From a virus, in IMG/VR virus record IMGVR_UViG_3300035128_000113: a stretch of 64,000 bases of DNA. The stretch is one strand, 5' to 3'. The position numbers were made by a program, and so were the translations under genes. This document shows positions 27,162-37,049 of the stretch, piece after piece. Within the stretch, counting starts at the first letter, position 1, and the number at the start of each line of letters is the position of its first letter. The notes under the pieces are model-generated. The model was given only the letters and a program-made list of their open reading frames with translations. It ran no database searches and had not been told where the DNA came from.

Positions 27162-28079
27162 TTACTCCCTAGAAAAGCAGGCTACTCTCTGTCCGCATTT
27201 CTTTGCTCTTTTTGCCTCCTTGGTGTCACATAAAGCACACCTTTCGGGCAGCTCCCCAGTAACCGTGTACCTATCAAACTTAGTTAATTCATCAAAACTC
27301 GCCTGTACTAATCCCTCATCTATATTAAAAGAATGCTCAATTTCATCAGAAGTGTTCCTATTAACATAGAATACCGAAACTTCCTCTGGGCTCGGAATAT
27401 CCTCACGAGAGCACCCATCAACATAACCCCTTTTAATCAAATATGCATAGAGATTAGCCTGCCTCCTATGGGGTTCGAAAGCCGCCTTCTTATATTGAAA
27501 CTTGAAAATTTCATCCCTACATGTTTTTATGTCCGCGCACACCCAGTGTTTCTTTGAGTCCTCCCACACTAACGCATCAGAACTCCCCACCACATCCTTA
27601 AAAATTCCTTCTGCTAATCCTGGCTGTGCCCACTCATAAAATTTTAATCGTTCCTCAGCCTTAACCCTTATAGGGATCTCCTGATAAGACCAACGATGCC
27701 CCTTACCATCATGATAACACCCTACACCATCGATAAAAGACGCAGGCTTAAAACCCCATATGACCTTACTGCATCTAAGACATTCCCACTTACCCCATAA
27801 TACATTGGCTCCGCCAAAATACCAGTTCTGATAAATGAGGTGTATGCCCTTACCTAAATCGTACAACTTTTCAGTAACCGGATCGTTACTAAACATCGCA
27901 GGGACCCCAAACATTTTAAGAGCTCTAGCTCTTGCACACATCATACAAATATCTGATATATGCCAGCCATCCTCCCGAAAGTCTTGCGGCCTTGACACTA
28001 AATACGACCTGACAATCCTAGACAAGTCCGAATTGTCTTCACCTCGCTTAATAGCCCTTATTCTGTCTTTAAGAGACAT
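27162..28079 (-). CDS. Cas4/AddB-like PD-(D/E)XK exonuclease with probable Fe-S cysteines
   Basis: HISDICMMCAR; GSSD...DIKT; QANLY; C-terminal CALC...C...C. Confidence 0.8.
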   Translation of the reverse strand: MSLKDRIRAIKRGEDNSDLSRIVRSYLVSRPQDFREDGWHISDICMMCARARALKMFGVPAMFSNDPVTEKLYDLGKGIHLIYQNWYFGGANVLWGKWECLRCSKVIWGFKPASFIDGVGCYHDGKGHRWSYQEIPIRVKAEERLKFYEWAQPGLAEGIFKDVVGSSDALVWEDSKKHWVCADIKTCRDEIFKFQYKKAAFEPHRRQANLYAYLIKRGYVDGCSREDIPSPEEVSVFYVNRNTSDEIEHSFNIDEGLVQASFDELTKFDRYTVTGELPERCALCDTKEAKRAKKCGQRVACFSRE

Positions 28080-28085
28080 CTACCC

Positions 28086-28493
28086 TCACTTCCATAGACT
28101 TATCAAAAAATCCAACCTCTCCCTCAAACCCTCAACCTTAGCGTCTAAATCTTCAATCTGTCTCCTCAGACTCGGAACCTGATCGCATGCAGCTTGGAAA
28201 CTCCCCTCTCCAAACTCTTCTACTTTGGCTATAAGCTTCTCCCGAGACCTATCCGGACTCTTCTGCTTTTTTATTCGCGCAAACCTCCTCTTACATGCGG
28301 CACCTGTAACACAAACTAAAGGCAATAACCTCCCGGCCACCGCATCCCAAGCGTTACTCTCGGTATACCCCTTATTGGACTCTTTATAATAGTTAAACAG
28401 CGGCTCACACTCTGAAATCATCTTCAGCAAAAGCTCGTCATCAGAATCGGTCCATGTATGCCTAATCATCATAGCAGTTAAACCTCCACTCAT
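28086..28493 (-). CDS. RsfA-like Myb/SANT-domain transcription regulator
   Basis: HTWTDSDDELLL...WDAVAGRL...AACKRRF + coiled coil. Confidence 0.65.
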   Translation of the reverse strand: MSGGLTAMMIRHTWTDSDDELLLKMISECEPLFNYYKESNKGYTESNAWDAVAGRLLPLVCVTGAACKRRFARIKKQKSPDRSREKLIAKVEEFGEGSFQAACDQVPSLRRQIEDLDAKVEGLRERLDFLISLWK

Positions 28494-29614
28494 TTCTTCG
28501 TGGTCAACATCTCCCCGGAAATCTTCATCAGCTCCAGCTTTCTATCCGAGTCAGAAGTGTCATTCGCTAACCACGAAACAGCGTTGCTCATTCTCCACGC
28601 AGTATTACCCGGCGGTAGCTGAACTACATCTGGGGTATTAAACCTATCCTTGACCTCTCCAAACTCCTTGGCTGAAAAACGTTTCTTAAAACGCTCTAAC
28701 TCAATGGTGGGGTCTATCTGCTTCTCCCCAGCCTCCCGTATAACTTCACAAAGTACCTCAACGGTATCTGGTGACATGGTAGTTCCGATAACGTCCTTCA
28801 TAGCCGAGATAGTAACCTTAGTATCCATATCAACCGTCTTCTGGCTTATCATCGGGTTATCCGGTAGCCTACTTCCTAAATGAACCTGAGAAAACCCCGT
28901 AGTCATTATTGCCTTATTAGTACACCACAAACGAGACACAAAAACCCACAATCTATTTCTGGCCGCACCATAATCGCTATTCTCCCACATGCAACCAATA
29001 GACAGAACTTCATTATCTATCGGCTCGAACACCCTGGGCAATACCGCTTTCATAGAAACTCGGGTATCAGACCCTATCCCATCATAAGGTAACGCTCCTA
29101 CCTGGTTACACGCCTCAATAAAACCATCCAACAATGGCCGTGAGTCCCTTCGTTTATACCTATCAGACAGAAACCCCCTGAGCTTACCGCCGTAACTTCT
29201 AAGAAGAAACCTTTCAGACTGGTTTTGAAAAATCTCTCTAAAATTATTTGCCGCCAGACGAATCCCCCAACTCCTCCGCTCAGTTTCCTCTAACCAAGAC
29301 AAATACTTTCGAGGCATCCCGGACCTCTGACATAATTGACCCCTTGAATGCTTTGTCGCTTCAAATAAAGAACCTTCATACCCAACAAGAAGCCCAACTG
29401 GCTCCCCAGAGCTCCGGCTATCCTCATCCCCATCAAACCTTAACCCCCTACTTCTAACTACCGCATCTTCTGGGACTTCAGTCTGAACCCTTTCAATAAT
29501 ATTTGAGGCAAAAACCTTACCTCTTTCAATATCTTCCATCAGCTTCTGCCTCGCATGCCTTGCGGCGTCCGAAGCGGCTTCTTTATACGTCTGCTTAGAA
29601 TGGTGAACTAACAT
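28490..29614 (-). CDS. DUF932-like protein
   Basis: LRGFLSDRY, WENSDYG, RLWCTN. Confidence 0.65.
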   Translation of the reverse strand: MLVHHSKQTYKEAASDAARHARQKLMEDIERGKVFASNIIERVQTEVPEDAVVRSRGLRFDGDEDSRSSGEPVGLLVGYEGSLFEATKHSRGQLCQRSGMPRKYLSWLEETERRSWGIRLAANNFREIFQNQSERFLLRSYGGKLRGFLSDRYKRRDSRPLLDGFIEACNQVGALPYDGIGSDTRVSMKAVLPRVFEPIDNEVLSIGCMWENSDYGAARNRLWVFVSRLWCTNKAIMTTGFSQVHLGSRLPDNPMISQKTVDMDTKVTISAMKDVIGTTMSPDTVEVLCEVIREAGEKQIDPTIELERFKKRFSAKEFGEVKDRFNTPDVVQLPPGNTAWRMSNAVSWLANDTSDSDRKLELMKISGEMLTTKK

Positions 29615-29662
29615 CTTGACTCCTGTGTTGAAACTATAATGAATTCCTACCTATAACAAAGA

Positions 29663-30712
29663 CTACTCAAACACCTGTCCAATAATATCCCTCATCAGCG
29701 TTAGGGTGACTTTCGGCTTCTCCGGATTTATCTCCCTGGCCTTCTGCATGGCTTGACCGACAAGAAACTGAACCCATAGAGACTTAATCTCATCTGTACC
29801 CTTTATCCCCCTAGAAGAATTTACGGCTTCAATCAACTCAGCCTTGGCCGTATCATTAATAGGTATGTCATCCTCCACCTGGTCCGCGCAATCATCCAAC
29901 AACTTAGCCACGACACCCAAATCATCCGGCCCCAAAGAACGATAGTTCACAGACTTTACGGCCTCCGCCTCTTCGTCCGAATATCCCAATCCAGCACAAA
30001 CCACCGAAGAAGCCTTTTTGATCATACGGACATGCTCCGTAATCACAGCGGCATCTGGTGACTTCGGCTTTTCTTTCTCCATCCCATCAAGCTTCTGCTG
30101 AATCTTATCCAGCTCTTTTTGAACCATAGCCTTGAGCTTTGCTCCCCTGAACTCACGAGCAATGCCTACAAACTTTTCCTGCTTATTCTGCGGCAACCGA
30201 TCTATTTCAAGAGCTGCCTGAACAGAAATTTCTTCTGCCTGCAACGCGTTCAACACCACACCTTGAAGGCGCAACAGGTCAAGCCTGTCAGTAACAAACT
30301 TCTTCTTGAGACCCAAAGAAGTGCTGACTTCAGCTACCGACATTCCATACTCCTCCTGGAGTCGATAAAATGCCCTGGCCTCGTCCACCGGGTTCAAATC
30401 CCTTCGCTGAACATTCTCGCAAATGTTATCAAGAAGCATGTCCTTGCGAGTCATGGCTCTTCGCTTCCGAACCATAACCGGTACGACTTTCAACCCAGCA
30501 ATCGCAGCTGCCGCAAGCCGTCTGTACCCAGCATAGATCTCTACCTCCCCCTTGGGATTCTCTCGGTCTTTACCCATAAGGGCGACCAAAACCCCACTAT
30601 CTTTGATGGACTCAACCAACTCAGAAACATCACCAATACCCTTAGTACGGGTATTAAACAAATCATCAACCACGCACAACTCTATCGGAACTTCCCGAAG
30701 CTCTCCTTGCAT
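29663..30712 (-). CDS. parB: ParB/RepB/Spo0J-family protein
   Basis: ELVESIK..GV, YAGYRRLAAA, ENVQRRDLNPVDEA, HTH. Confidence 0.9.
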   Translation of the reverse strand: MQGELREVPIELCVVDDLFNTRTKGIGDVSELVESIKDSGVLVALMGKDRENPKGEVEIYAGYRRLAAAAIAGLKVVPVMVRKRRAMTRKDMLLDNICENVQRRDLNPVDEARAFYRLQEEYGMSVAEVSTSLGLKKKFVTDRLDLLRLQGVVLNALQAEEISVQAALEIDRLPQNKQEKFVGIAREFRGAKLKAMVQKELDKIQQKLDGMEKEKPKSPDAAVITEHVRMIKKASSVVCAGLGYSDEEAEAVKSVNYRSLGPDDLGVVAKLLDDCADQVEDDIPINDTAKAELIEAVNSSRGIKGTDEIKSLWVQFLVGQAMQKAREINPEKPKVTLTLMRDIIGQVFE

Positions 30713-30714
30713 AA

Positions 30715-31788
30715 CTACTCCTTTAACTGGTCCCTAGGCATGGGACATTGACTAGCATTTTTATCAGGCCTCATACGAACAAACCTTGGGTGTCTCAACT
30801 TACCCTTGGCAGTAAGACCGCTTGACCGTACCTCTATGACTTTCCCAATAAGCTGTTTACTATAAAACGTAAACCAAGACCGAGTGCCCGGCTCCCCAAC
30901 ACACTCCGGGCTCATGACTAAATGATTTCCTGAACCCTTACTTCTACTTCCAGCATAGGCCCACCGAACTGCCCCATCGGGCATCCCAGAGCACCTACCA
31001 ACCGGAACCAAAGCGTTTGCTCCTTTACGTGTCTCGTAACAGGAGAAATCAATAGCCCCTATCAACTCCTTAAATTTACCTTTTCCCTCACGAAACCCGC
31101 TAATCACTACATCAAAATCTAAACTATTATCTAAATACCCCGCCTTCAACTTCCAGACATTCTTTCCGTATCTCCCCCAGATATGCTTGAGTACAATACC
31201 TTCACCACCCCTCTTTATAACCCCATCAAAAAACTCTCGAAACCCTCCACCCGCATAGATTGAAGGATGTCTCCTAACCCAACGAGGAACCGCAGAAGGC
31301 TCTAGAAGGGTCACCACCCTAAAAAAGTCATCTATCCTATCTTGCCTTACATAGTATGGCTCATCTCTAACATCCTTCCCATCATAGAATAAAATATCAT
31401 AGACAAAATACACTGCACGACTATTATCCTCCTGCCACAAAATTGCCCTCGCAGGCTTAGCCCCCATAACGGACTGAACAGACTCAAAAGGATGACCTGG
31501 TACTACTATTTCCCCATCTAGTACCGTATACCCTAGAGAATTTCCCCTGGCTATTCGCTGAGCTTGTTCTGTGATATGGGGAATGTTTTCCCCCTTCTCA
31601 CAAAACATACCGGTACCTGACGACTTTCGTTTGCTCGTCATGTACCCCCTATCAAGCTCGCCCCCACAATGAAGTAATCCCCTATGCCCGTCGAGCTTCT
31701 CTTCTAAGACCCAATCCACACTGTGGCAAAACTTGAGTACTTTATCCGTAACATATCGGCATTTTCCGGGGTGTAGCTGCTTAATCAT
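30715..31788 (-). CDS. ATP-dependent DNA ligase
   Basis: EEKLDGHR (KxDG), LDGEI, FVYDIL, EGIVLK, LRHPRFVRMRPDK. Confidence 0.92.
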   Translation of the reverse strand: MIKQLHPGKCRYVTDKVLKFCHSVDWVLEEKLDGHRGLLHCGGELDRGYMTSKRKSSGTGMFCEKGENIPHITEQAQRIARGNSLGYTVLDGEIVVPGHPFESVQSVMGAKPARAILWQEDNSRAVYFVYDILFYDGKDVRDEPYYVRQDRIDDFFRVVTLLEPSAVPRWVRRHPSIYAGGGFREFFDGVIKRGGEGIVLKHIWGRYGKNVWKLKAGYLDNSLDFDVVISGFREGKGKFKELIGAIDFSCYETRKGANALVPVGRCSGMPDGAVRWAYAGSRSKGSGNHLVMSPECVGEPGTRSWFTFYSKQLIGKVIEVRSSGLTAKGKLRHPRFVRMRPDKNASQCPMPRDQLKE

Positions 31789-31830
31789 GTTGTCTCCTGT
31801 GTCGATGGCATAATGTTAGTACATTAATTA

Positions 31831-31859
31831 AGTATTAAAGATTCTTAGCATTTTGTCAA
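31831..31859 (-). promoter_or_regulatory. possible sigma70-type promoter
   Basis: TTGACA-17 nt-AATACT upstream of ligase. Confidence 0.5.
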
Positions 31860-32254
31860 GTAGAATCAAAGAGATATGCAGGAACCATTACCCAATCGTG
31901 CGGTACTGGCTCCTGAACTCCGTAAATAGAAATAATCATAACAGGCTCCTTACCCGAGTATTTTGCTTCAGCATAAACCTTACCCAACATCTCCCCGGTA
32001 ATACGGATAGACGATGCCTTTGTTTCCTTGCACTCAATGACAAAGTCATCGGTCCTACCATCGCCCTTCTTTCGTAAACACGGCACACACCCAGAACCCG
32101 GAGTAAGATCAAACCCTAAACGCTCGGATAACCGCTTCTCATTAAAGCTTGATACCTCCCTCACTGTAGGCTCTTCTTCATCTTCAGACAAAAACTTCTG
32201 AACAGGTGACTTTGAAAATGGACTCCGAACTTTAACCTTCTTCTTTTTCTTCAT
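31856..32254 (-). CDS. Hjc-like PD-(D/E)XK nuclease/resolvase
   Basis: TPGSG...KGDG...VIECK.T..SSI. Confidence 0.7.
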   Translation of the reverse strand: MKKKKKVKVRSPFSKSPVQKFLSEDEEEPTVREVSSFNEKRLSERLGFDLTPGSGCVPCLRKKGDGRTDDFVIECKETKASSIRITGEMLGKVYAEAKYSGKEPVMIISIYGVQEPVPHDWVMVPAYLFDST

Positions 32255-33461
32255 TACTCCCAGCCCATGCTAACCCATCATTCTCTCCAAACTTACCCTC
32301 ATCCTTCCAAACCTTCTCTTTACGCCGTATCTCATCCATCAACTCTAGCACATATTCCGGCCGCTTCTGTAACTCCCTTACAAGTGCTGGCTTTCCCTGA
32401 ACCTTTATATCTTTAAACGTATACCAAGAACCTGCTTTGGCTATAAGCTTCCAATACTCGCCATACTTTATAACCTGTTCTTCGGTATTTGTGGACCCCA
32501 CATAGTGTCTTCCCTTAACCTTTGAGAAATACAAAGCAAATTCGCCATAAGGCAATGAAGGAGGATACACTTTACTCTTAAGTATATGATAAGAAATTAA
32601 GGACCCAACATTTCGGTTCGTAACCTCATCAACAATATACTCCTCAGCCTTGGTCATTATCTCTAATGACTCCGAGAAACCAAACCCCATGCCCCCAGGA
32701 GACGTTAACCCCCCATATGGACCCAACTTCTCCCTTAACTGATTTATTAGCAGCATAGTGCACTTCGTATCCGCTAAAAGCCCAAACGAATTAAAACCTG
32801 CCGTCCACTTTCTACAGGCTTTATTAAACAACTTGGCTGCAACCCCCATCTGCTGGTCACCGGCCGCAGAAGCCGACTCAATAATAGGAGTCAATGACGC
32901 AATAGAATCCACTACCACAAGATCACACTGCCGAGTTCTAATGGCCTTATCGATAACATCTATTGCCTGCTCTGCGGACTCTGGCTCCAACAACAAAACA
33001 TCGTCACAATTCACCCCCCACTGGGAAGCCCACTCAGGGTCAAAAACGTGCTCCCCATCTACCCACAAACCAACCCCACGAACTCTCTTTCCGCATTTGC
33101 AGTCAACCTCATGGACCTCCCCGAATAAATCAACAATCTCCAGCGGCTTCCCACAAAACCTACACATGCGCTGTACAGAACTCAATCCCTTATAGCACAA
33201 CGCTGTTTTCCAGGAAGAAAACTTCCCCTTAATAAGCGTGATTCTCCCCCTAGGGAATCCGCCTCCTGTTCGCACATCAAAGTCGAAAATGCCCGTTGGA
33301 ATCCAGTCTACTATTAGACTTTCTGCCCTTACCGCCGGTAGTAGCGTTCCCTCTCCATACGTAGCATTCACCTGCTGTATCAGCCTATCTAAAGCTGTGC
33401 CTTCCCCTTCGTTCTTAGCCGCTTTTCTACCGGCGCCCTTCGTCTTCTTACTTGGAGGCAT
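32232..33461 (-). CDS. recA: RecA-family recombinase
   Basis: IPTGIFDFD..TGGGFPRGRI, VVVDSIASL, INQLREK, TSPGGMG. Confidence 0.9.
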   Translation of the reverse strand: MPPSKKTKGAGRKAAKNEGEGTALDRLIQQVNATYGEGTLLPAVRAESLIVDWIPTGIFDFDVRTGGGFPRGRITLIKGKFSSWKTALCYKGLSSVQRMCRFCGKPLEIVDLFGEVHEVDCKCGKRVRGVGLWVDGEHVFDPEWASQWGVNCDDVLLLEPESAEQAIDVIDKAIRTRQCDLVVVDSIASLTPIIESASAAGDQQMGVAAKLFNKACRKWTAGFNSFGLLADTKCTMLLINQLREKLGPYGGLTSPGGMGFGFSESLEIMTKAEEYIVDEVTNRNVGSLISYHILKSKVYPPSLPYGEFALYFSKVKGRHYVGSTNTEEQVIKYGEYWKLIAKAGSWYTFKDIKVQGKPALVRELQKRPEYVLELMDEIRRKEKVWKDEGKFGENDGLAWAGSNEEKEEG

Positions 33462-33861
33462 AGTCGCCGCGTCTCCATTTCTTCAAGAAGGCTTTATAAG
33501 AAGTAGAAAAATCGGACATTTCTCCAGACTTCTCCTCGGCAAAATCCCGAGCTTTTTCGAAACACTCATCAAGCTCCTCAACATAACAGGGCAACGTCAC
33601 AATAACCCCGGTTTTAACACTCTCATAATTCCCTAAATTATGAGTAATACTGATTGGAACAGTGACTGAGGCCGTAGCTGTTTGAAAAACTCCAACCTCA
33701 AACTCCTCATACTCCTCACTATCCTTACCCGGATTCTTCGGATAAGTCTTCGACACGATCACTCGACCTTTTCCGACGTGGCACTCTGAAGCAACCACGC
33801 TGTTCTCAGGCCCACACGAACAAGAATTTGCAACCACTATTTTTCCATTATTATCTGACAT
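33448..33861 (-). CDS. conserved phage hypothetical protein
   Basis: THNLGNYESVK motif. Confidence 0.6.
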   Translation of the reverse strand: MSDNNGKIVVANSCSCGPENSVVASECHVGKGRVIVSKTYPKNPGKDSEEYEEFEVGVFQTATASVTVPISITHNLGNYESVKTGVIVTLPCYVEELDECFEKARDFAEEKSGEMSDFSTSYKAFLKKWRRGDYASK

Positions 33862-33870
33862 TGTAACCTC

Positions 33871-34434
33871 CTAAAGCTCTGCTGGGTCCAAACCTCTTGG
33901 ATACCTCGCCCATATTTCCATTAACTTATCCTGAAAGGACGTATAAGAAATTCGTTTATCCAGCAACTCCTGGGTATCTTCCTCAATGACTTCCGCATAG
34001 GCCTCCAAAATCTTAAAAAACTGAAACTTTGGGTATAGCCGTCCACCACTAACCCCATTAGACTCCCTATACATAGCCTTCGGTAGAATACCCCTCTCTT
34101 CCCAACCTCTAACAGTGGCAATATTCTTCCCTAATGCCACAGATAACTGCCTTAAACTGTATACCTCTATAACTCTAACCTTACCATCAATGCATACCTC
34201 AACCTCCTTCGGGTCTTTCAGATTCCTCTTTCGCCTTTTGCACTTCGCCCTTTCGGACCTCTGATAGGACTTAGCCCTATCTAAAACCTTATCGTGATAT
34301 TCTTGGTCTGTCTTGTACCTCTCCCTCTTGTTGTCTAACAACTCATGCCTATGCTCTCTATAGTATTTCTTCGAATACTCATTCCTCTTTAGCCTTGCTA
34401 CCTCCTTGCGCCTTTCTCTTTCCTCTTTATTCAT
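33871..34434 (-). CDS. MerR-like HTH DNA-binding protein
   Basis: YSLRQLSVALGKNIATVRGWEERGILP...GRLY. Confidence 0.75.
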   Translation of the reverse strand: MNKEERERRKEVARLKRNEYSKKYYREHRHELLDNKRERYKTDQEYHDKVLDRAKSYQRSERAKCKRRKRNLKDPKEVEVCIDGKVRVIEVYSLRQLSVALGKNIATVRGWEERGILPKAMYRESNGVSGGRLYPKFQFFKILEAYAEVIEEDTQELLDKRISYTSFQDKLMEIWARYPRGLDPAEL

Positions 34435-34952
34435 AGGTCCTCTAATAAGCCTGAAATGTCTTTTGGATGCTTTACCGTTAAAACCTCAACATCTTTACCT
34501 GCAACAGCAATACTGTCAAACTCCTTCTGACTCATTTTCCCCATTTCATATAACGCTACCAATACATTTTCATCCACCGTTGGAACATTATGTATAAGCC
34601 TCGCTACCTCTGGGTCTTTCTCAGAATGTGAATTTACATACTCCTTAGCAGCCTCGATAGAATATGAGATTTTCCCTGCTCTCATACCCCTTTTGATTTC
34701 TGCTTGAATATCTCCAAGCTTCAAAACTTTATTTCCCGTTTTATCAACAACCCCCATTGTCTTTGCAAGGTCTAATAAACGTTTTCGTAATTCTGCCTTC
34801 CTACCCTTTAATACCCTCTTCTCCAACAGATCAATAACCGACCAATAAATGGTGCACTCATCTACTGTAAGCCTTGAAATACTTTTCCTGAACATAGAGT
34901 TCAGGTCAAACAGCCCAGCCGCGGACTTAACGATAGACCTATCCAATGACAT
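34431..34952 (-). CDS. hypothetical protein
   Basis: 173-aa ORF. Confidence 0.6.
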   Translation of the reverse strand: MSLDRSIVKSAAGLFDLNSMFRKSISRLTVDECTIYWSVIDLLEKRVLKGRKAELRKRLLDLAKTMGVVDKTGNKVLKLGDIQAEIKRGMRAGKISYSIEAAKEYVNSHSEKDPEVARLIHNVPTVDENVLVALYEMGKMSQKEFDSIAVAGKDVEVLTVKHPKDISGLLEDL

Positions 34953-34961
34953 ATCTACTCC

Positions 34962-36320
34962 TTATTCAATTGTACCGTGAACCTCACAGCCCATATCCCG
35001 ATATAATGCCAATCTTTTATAAGCTTGTCCAACTAATTCTCTAACTGTAGAGTCAATAAAATCAACTGTTATAAGCTTGGACTTCCCAGCGCAATCCCTA
35101 AACAACCTTCCAACTGCCTGACGTATATCGGACTGCGGCAACGCTAGAAACATAGTATCCAGCGTAGGAATATCCAACCCTTCATTAGACATTGAGTATG
35201 TAGAAAAAATGAGCTGCTTACTCTGTGCCTCTTCTCTCTCGACTTTCTTTAGGCCCCCAATCAACATTCCTATATCCGACTCGCTAACCCCATCTTTAAC
35301 CACTAACTCAGATAAGGTCCTCAACTGTATTTTCCGAGAAGACAAGACCATAACTCTCCGCCCCTTCTTAAAGGCCGCAACTATCTGCTTTGCTATAGCC
35401 AAATTCCTTCCCGAATGTACCGCCAACAAAGACAATAGCGCTGCACGCTTATGCTCCTCCTTCCCCCAACTATGATCCCACTCTGACCTGTTCAAGGGTG
35501 TCTCCAACTTGACCAGATACACAGAATTAGGCAAGTCCTCTGAATCTAACTCATAAACTGTTGGTCCAATATTACCCGAAATTACTGGCCACATACCATC
35601 AAACCTATTCGGAGTAGCTGTAAGCCCCAGTCTAAACATAGTAGGAAACTTCCAAATAGCCGTCTGCCATACCTCTGCCCCATACCTATGAACCTCATCT
35701 GCAACCAACAAACCAAACGACTCAGCAAAACCTTCCGGAATCTTACTCTTTGGTGACGTTAGAGACTGAACACTTGCTATGACTATGTCATGCGTCTTAC
35801 CTGTATTCTTCTTCTTACCCCTGTAAACCCCAACAGAAACATTAGACCTCAAAGTCTCCTTCAACTCCTTAAACCACTGCTCCTCTAAAAACTCCTTGTG
35901 TACTAGGACACACGTAGGAACTCCCATTTCCAAAATTATCTTTGAAGCCATAACGGTCTTACCTTTGCCGCAACCAGCACAAAGAACCCCCCCGGCAAAC
36001 CCCCGCTCTTCCTTCCCTGCCTTGAGAAAATTCACTACTGACCGTATGGCCTCTTCTTGCCCTTCTCTGGGAATAAACTCCGGGGCATCGGCTCTAAACG
36101 TCCGGCCCCCATCGGACACCCGCACTTCGCACTTTCTGATAAAATACTTAAAAGCACTCCACGGAAATGCATAAAATCCTGTGACGTCATCATATTGAAA
36201 CAGCTCAACAACCTTATCTTCAAAAGGCGACTTAATCAGATAAACCTTCTTCAACTCCTCAAGAAACTCAGGGTCTATCTCCGCCCTATGAAATGTTAAC
36301 ATCGCCCCTAATAAAAACAT
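34962..36320 (-). CDS. SF2 DEAD/DEAH-box helicase
   Basis: GCGKGKT, VADEVH, GLTATP, EGLDIP, QAVGR. Confidence 0.92.
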   Translation of the reverse strand: MFLLGAMLTFHRAEIDPEFLEELKKVYLIKSPFEDKVVELFQYDDVTGFYAFPWSAFKYFIRKCEVRVSDGGRTFRADAPEFIPREGQEEAIRSVVNFLKAGKEERGFAGGVLCAGCGKGKTVMASKIILEMGVPTCVLVHKEFLEEQWFKELKETLRSNVSVGVYRGKKKNTGKTHDIVIASVQSLTSPKSKIPEGFAESFGLLVADEVHRYGAEVWQTAIWKFPTMFRLGLTATPNRFDGMWPVISGNIGPTVYELDSEDLPNSVYLVKLETPLNRSEWDHSWGKEEHKRAALLSLLAVHSGRNLAIAKQIVAAFKKGRRVMVLSSRKIQLRTLSELVVKDGVSESDIGMLIGGLKKVEREEAQSKQLIFSTYSMSNEGLDIPTLDTMFLALPQSDIRQAVGRLFRDCAGKSKLITVDFIDSTVRELVGQAYKRLALYRDMGCEVHGTIE

Positions 36321-37045
36321 GGCCTCTCCATATAACCGAACTCATGCGCTATACCCCAATCAATACCCTTGGCTATTAACTCCAATGCCCTTGGTGATAA
36401 CCTATGACGCCACTTTTCTGTGCCATAATAATTCTTGTACCAATCAGAATCGCGAGACTCTCCATGGACCGTAGATCTATTATATCCCTCAAACTGAGAG
36501 TACCTAAAATCCGACTCCAACCTTTTCGCCAGCTTATAAATAGTCTTACGTGGATTACAAACTAAATCTTCAAACTTCATTAAATAAAAACCAGAATGCA
36601 AATAAGAATAATTCTTAACATTCCATAAATCCATGACATTCTTGGCTCTACACATATCCCTATCCAAAATCGGCCATTCACTCGTCAAGAAGTCCTCAAA
36701 GCCCCGTGGCATATCATAAGCATGGTAAGGCATCCTATGCATCGACAACAGCCAAGAATATGGATTTCTGACTAAACAAACAAAAAACGTCTTTTCAAAA
36801 ATCTTCTGCTCATACAAAGCTGCACAATGTACAGCTGAATGCTTCCATCCCAACACTGTAGGAAATGTCTTCCTAAAATACATATCATAAGCCAGCTCCA
36901 CCCACGGCCTATAATACAGCTTTTCAAGAACCCATGACCCAGTACCCTGAACTATATTAAACTCTGGCATATTCAACTCTATCAACTTCAACAGATACTT
37001 TGTGCCAGTATGCCTCTCCCCAAACACCTTTATATTCTCATACAT
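36308..37045 (-). CDS. sulfotransferase-family protein
   Basis: GERHTGTKYL; LGWKH; VRNPYSWLLS; KFEDL. Confidence 0.75.
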   Translation of the reverse strand: MYENIKVFGERHTGTKYLLKLIELNMPEFNIVQGTGSWVLEKLYYRPWVELAYDMYFRKTFPTVLGWKHSAVHCAALYEQKIFEKTFFVCLVRNPYSWLLSMHRMPYHAYDMPRGFEDFLTSEWPILDRDMCRAKNVMDLWNVKNYSYLHSGFYLMKFEDLVCNPRKTIYKLAKRLESDFRYSQFEGYNRSTVHGESRDSDWYKNYYGTEKWRHRLSPRALELIAKGIDWGIAHEFGYMERPCFY

Positions 37046-37049
37046 ACCT

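Noticed and set aside
27162-28079. Cas4-like gene as part of a CRISPR/VIPR adaptation module
   Set aside because: 19 kb from the array, inside a recombination cluster, with no cas1/cas2; solo Cas4-like nucleases are common in phages.
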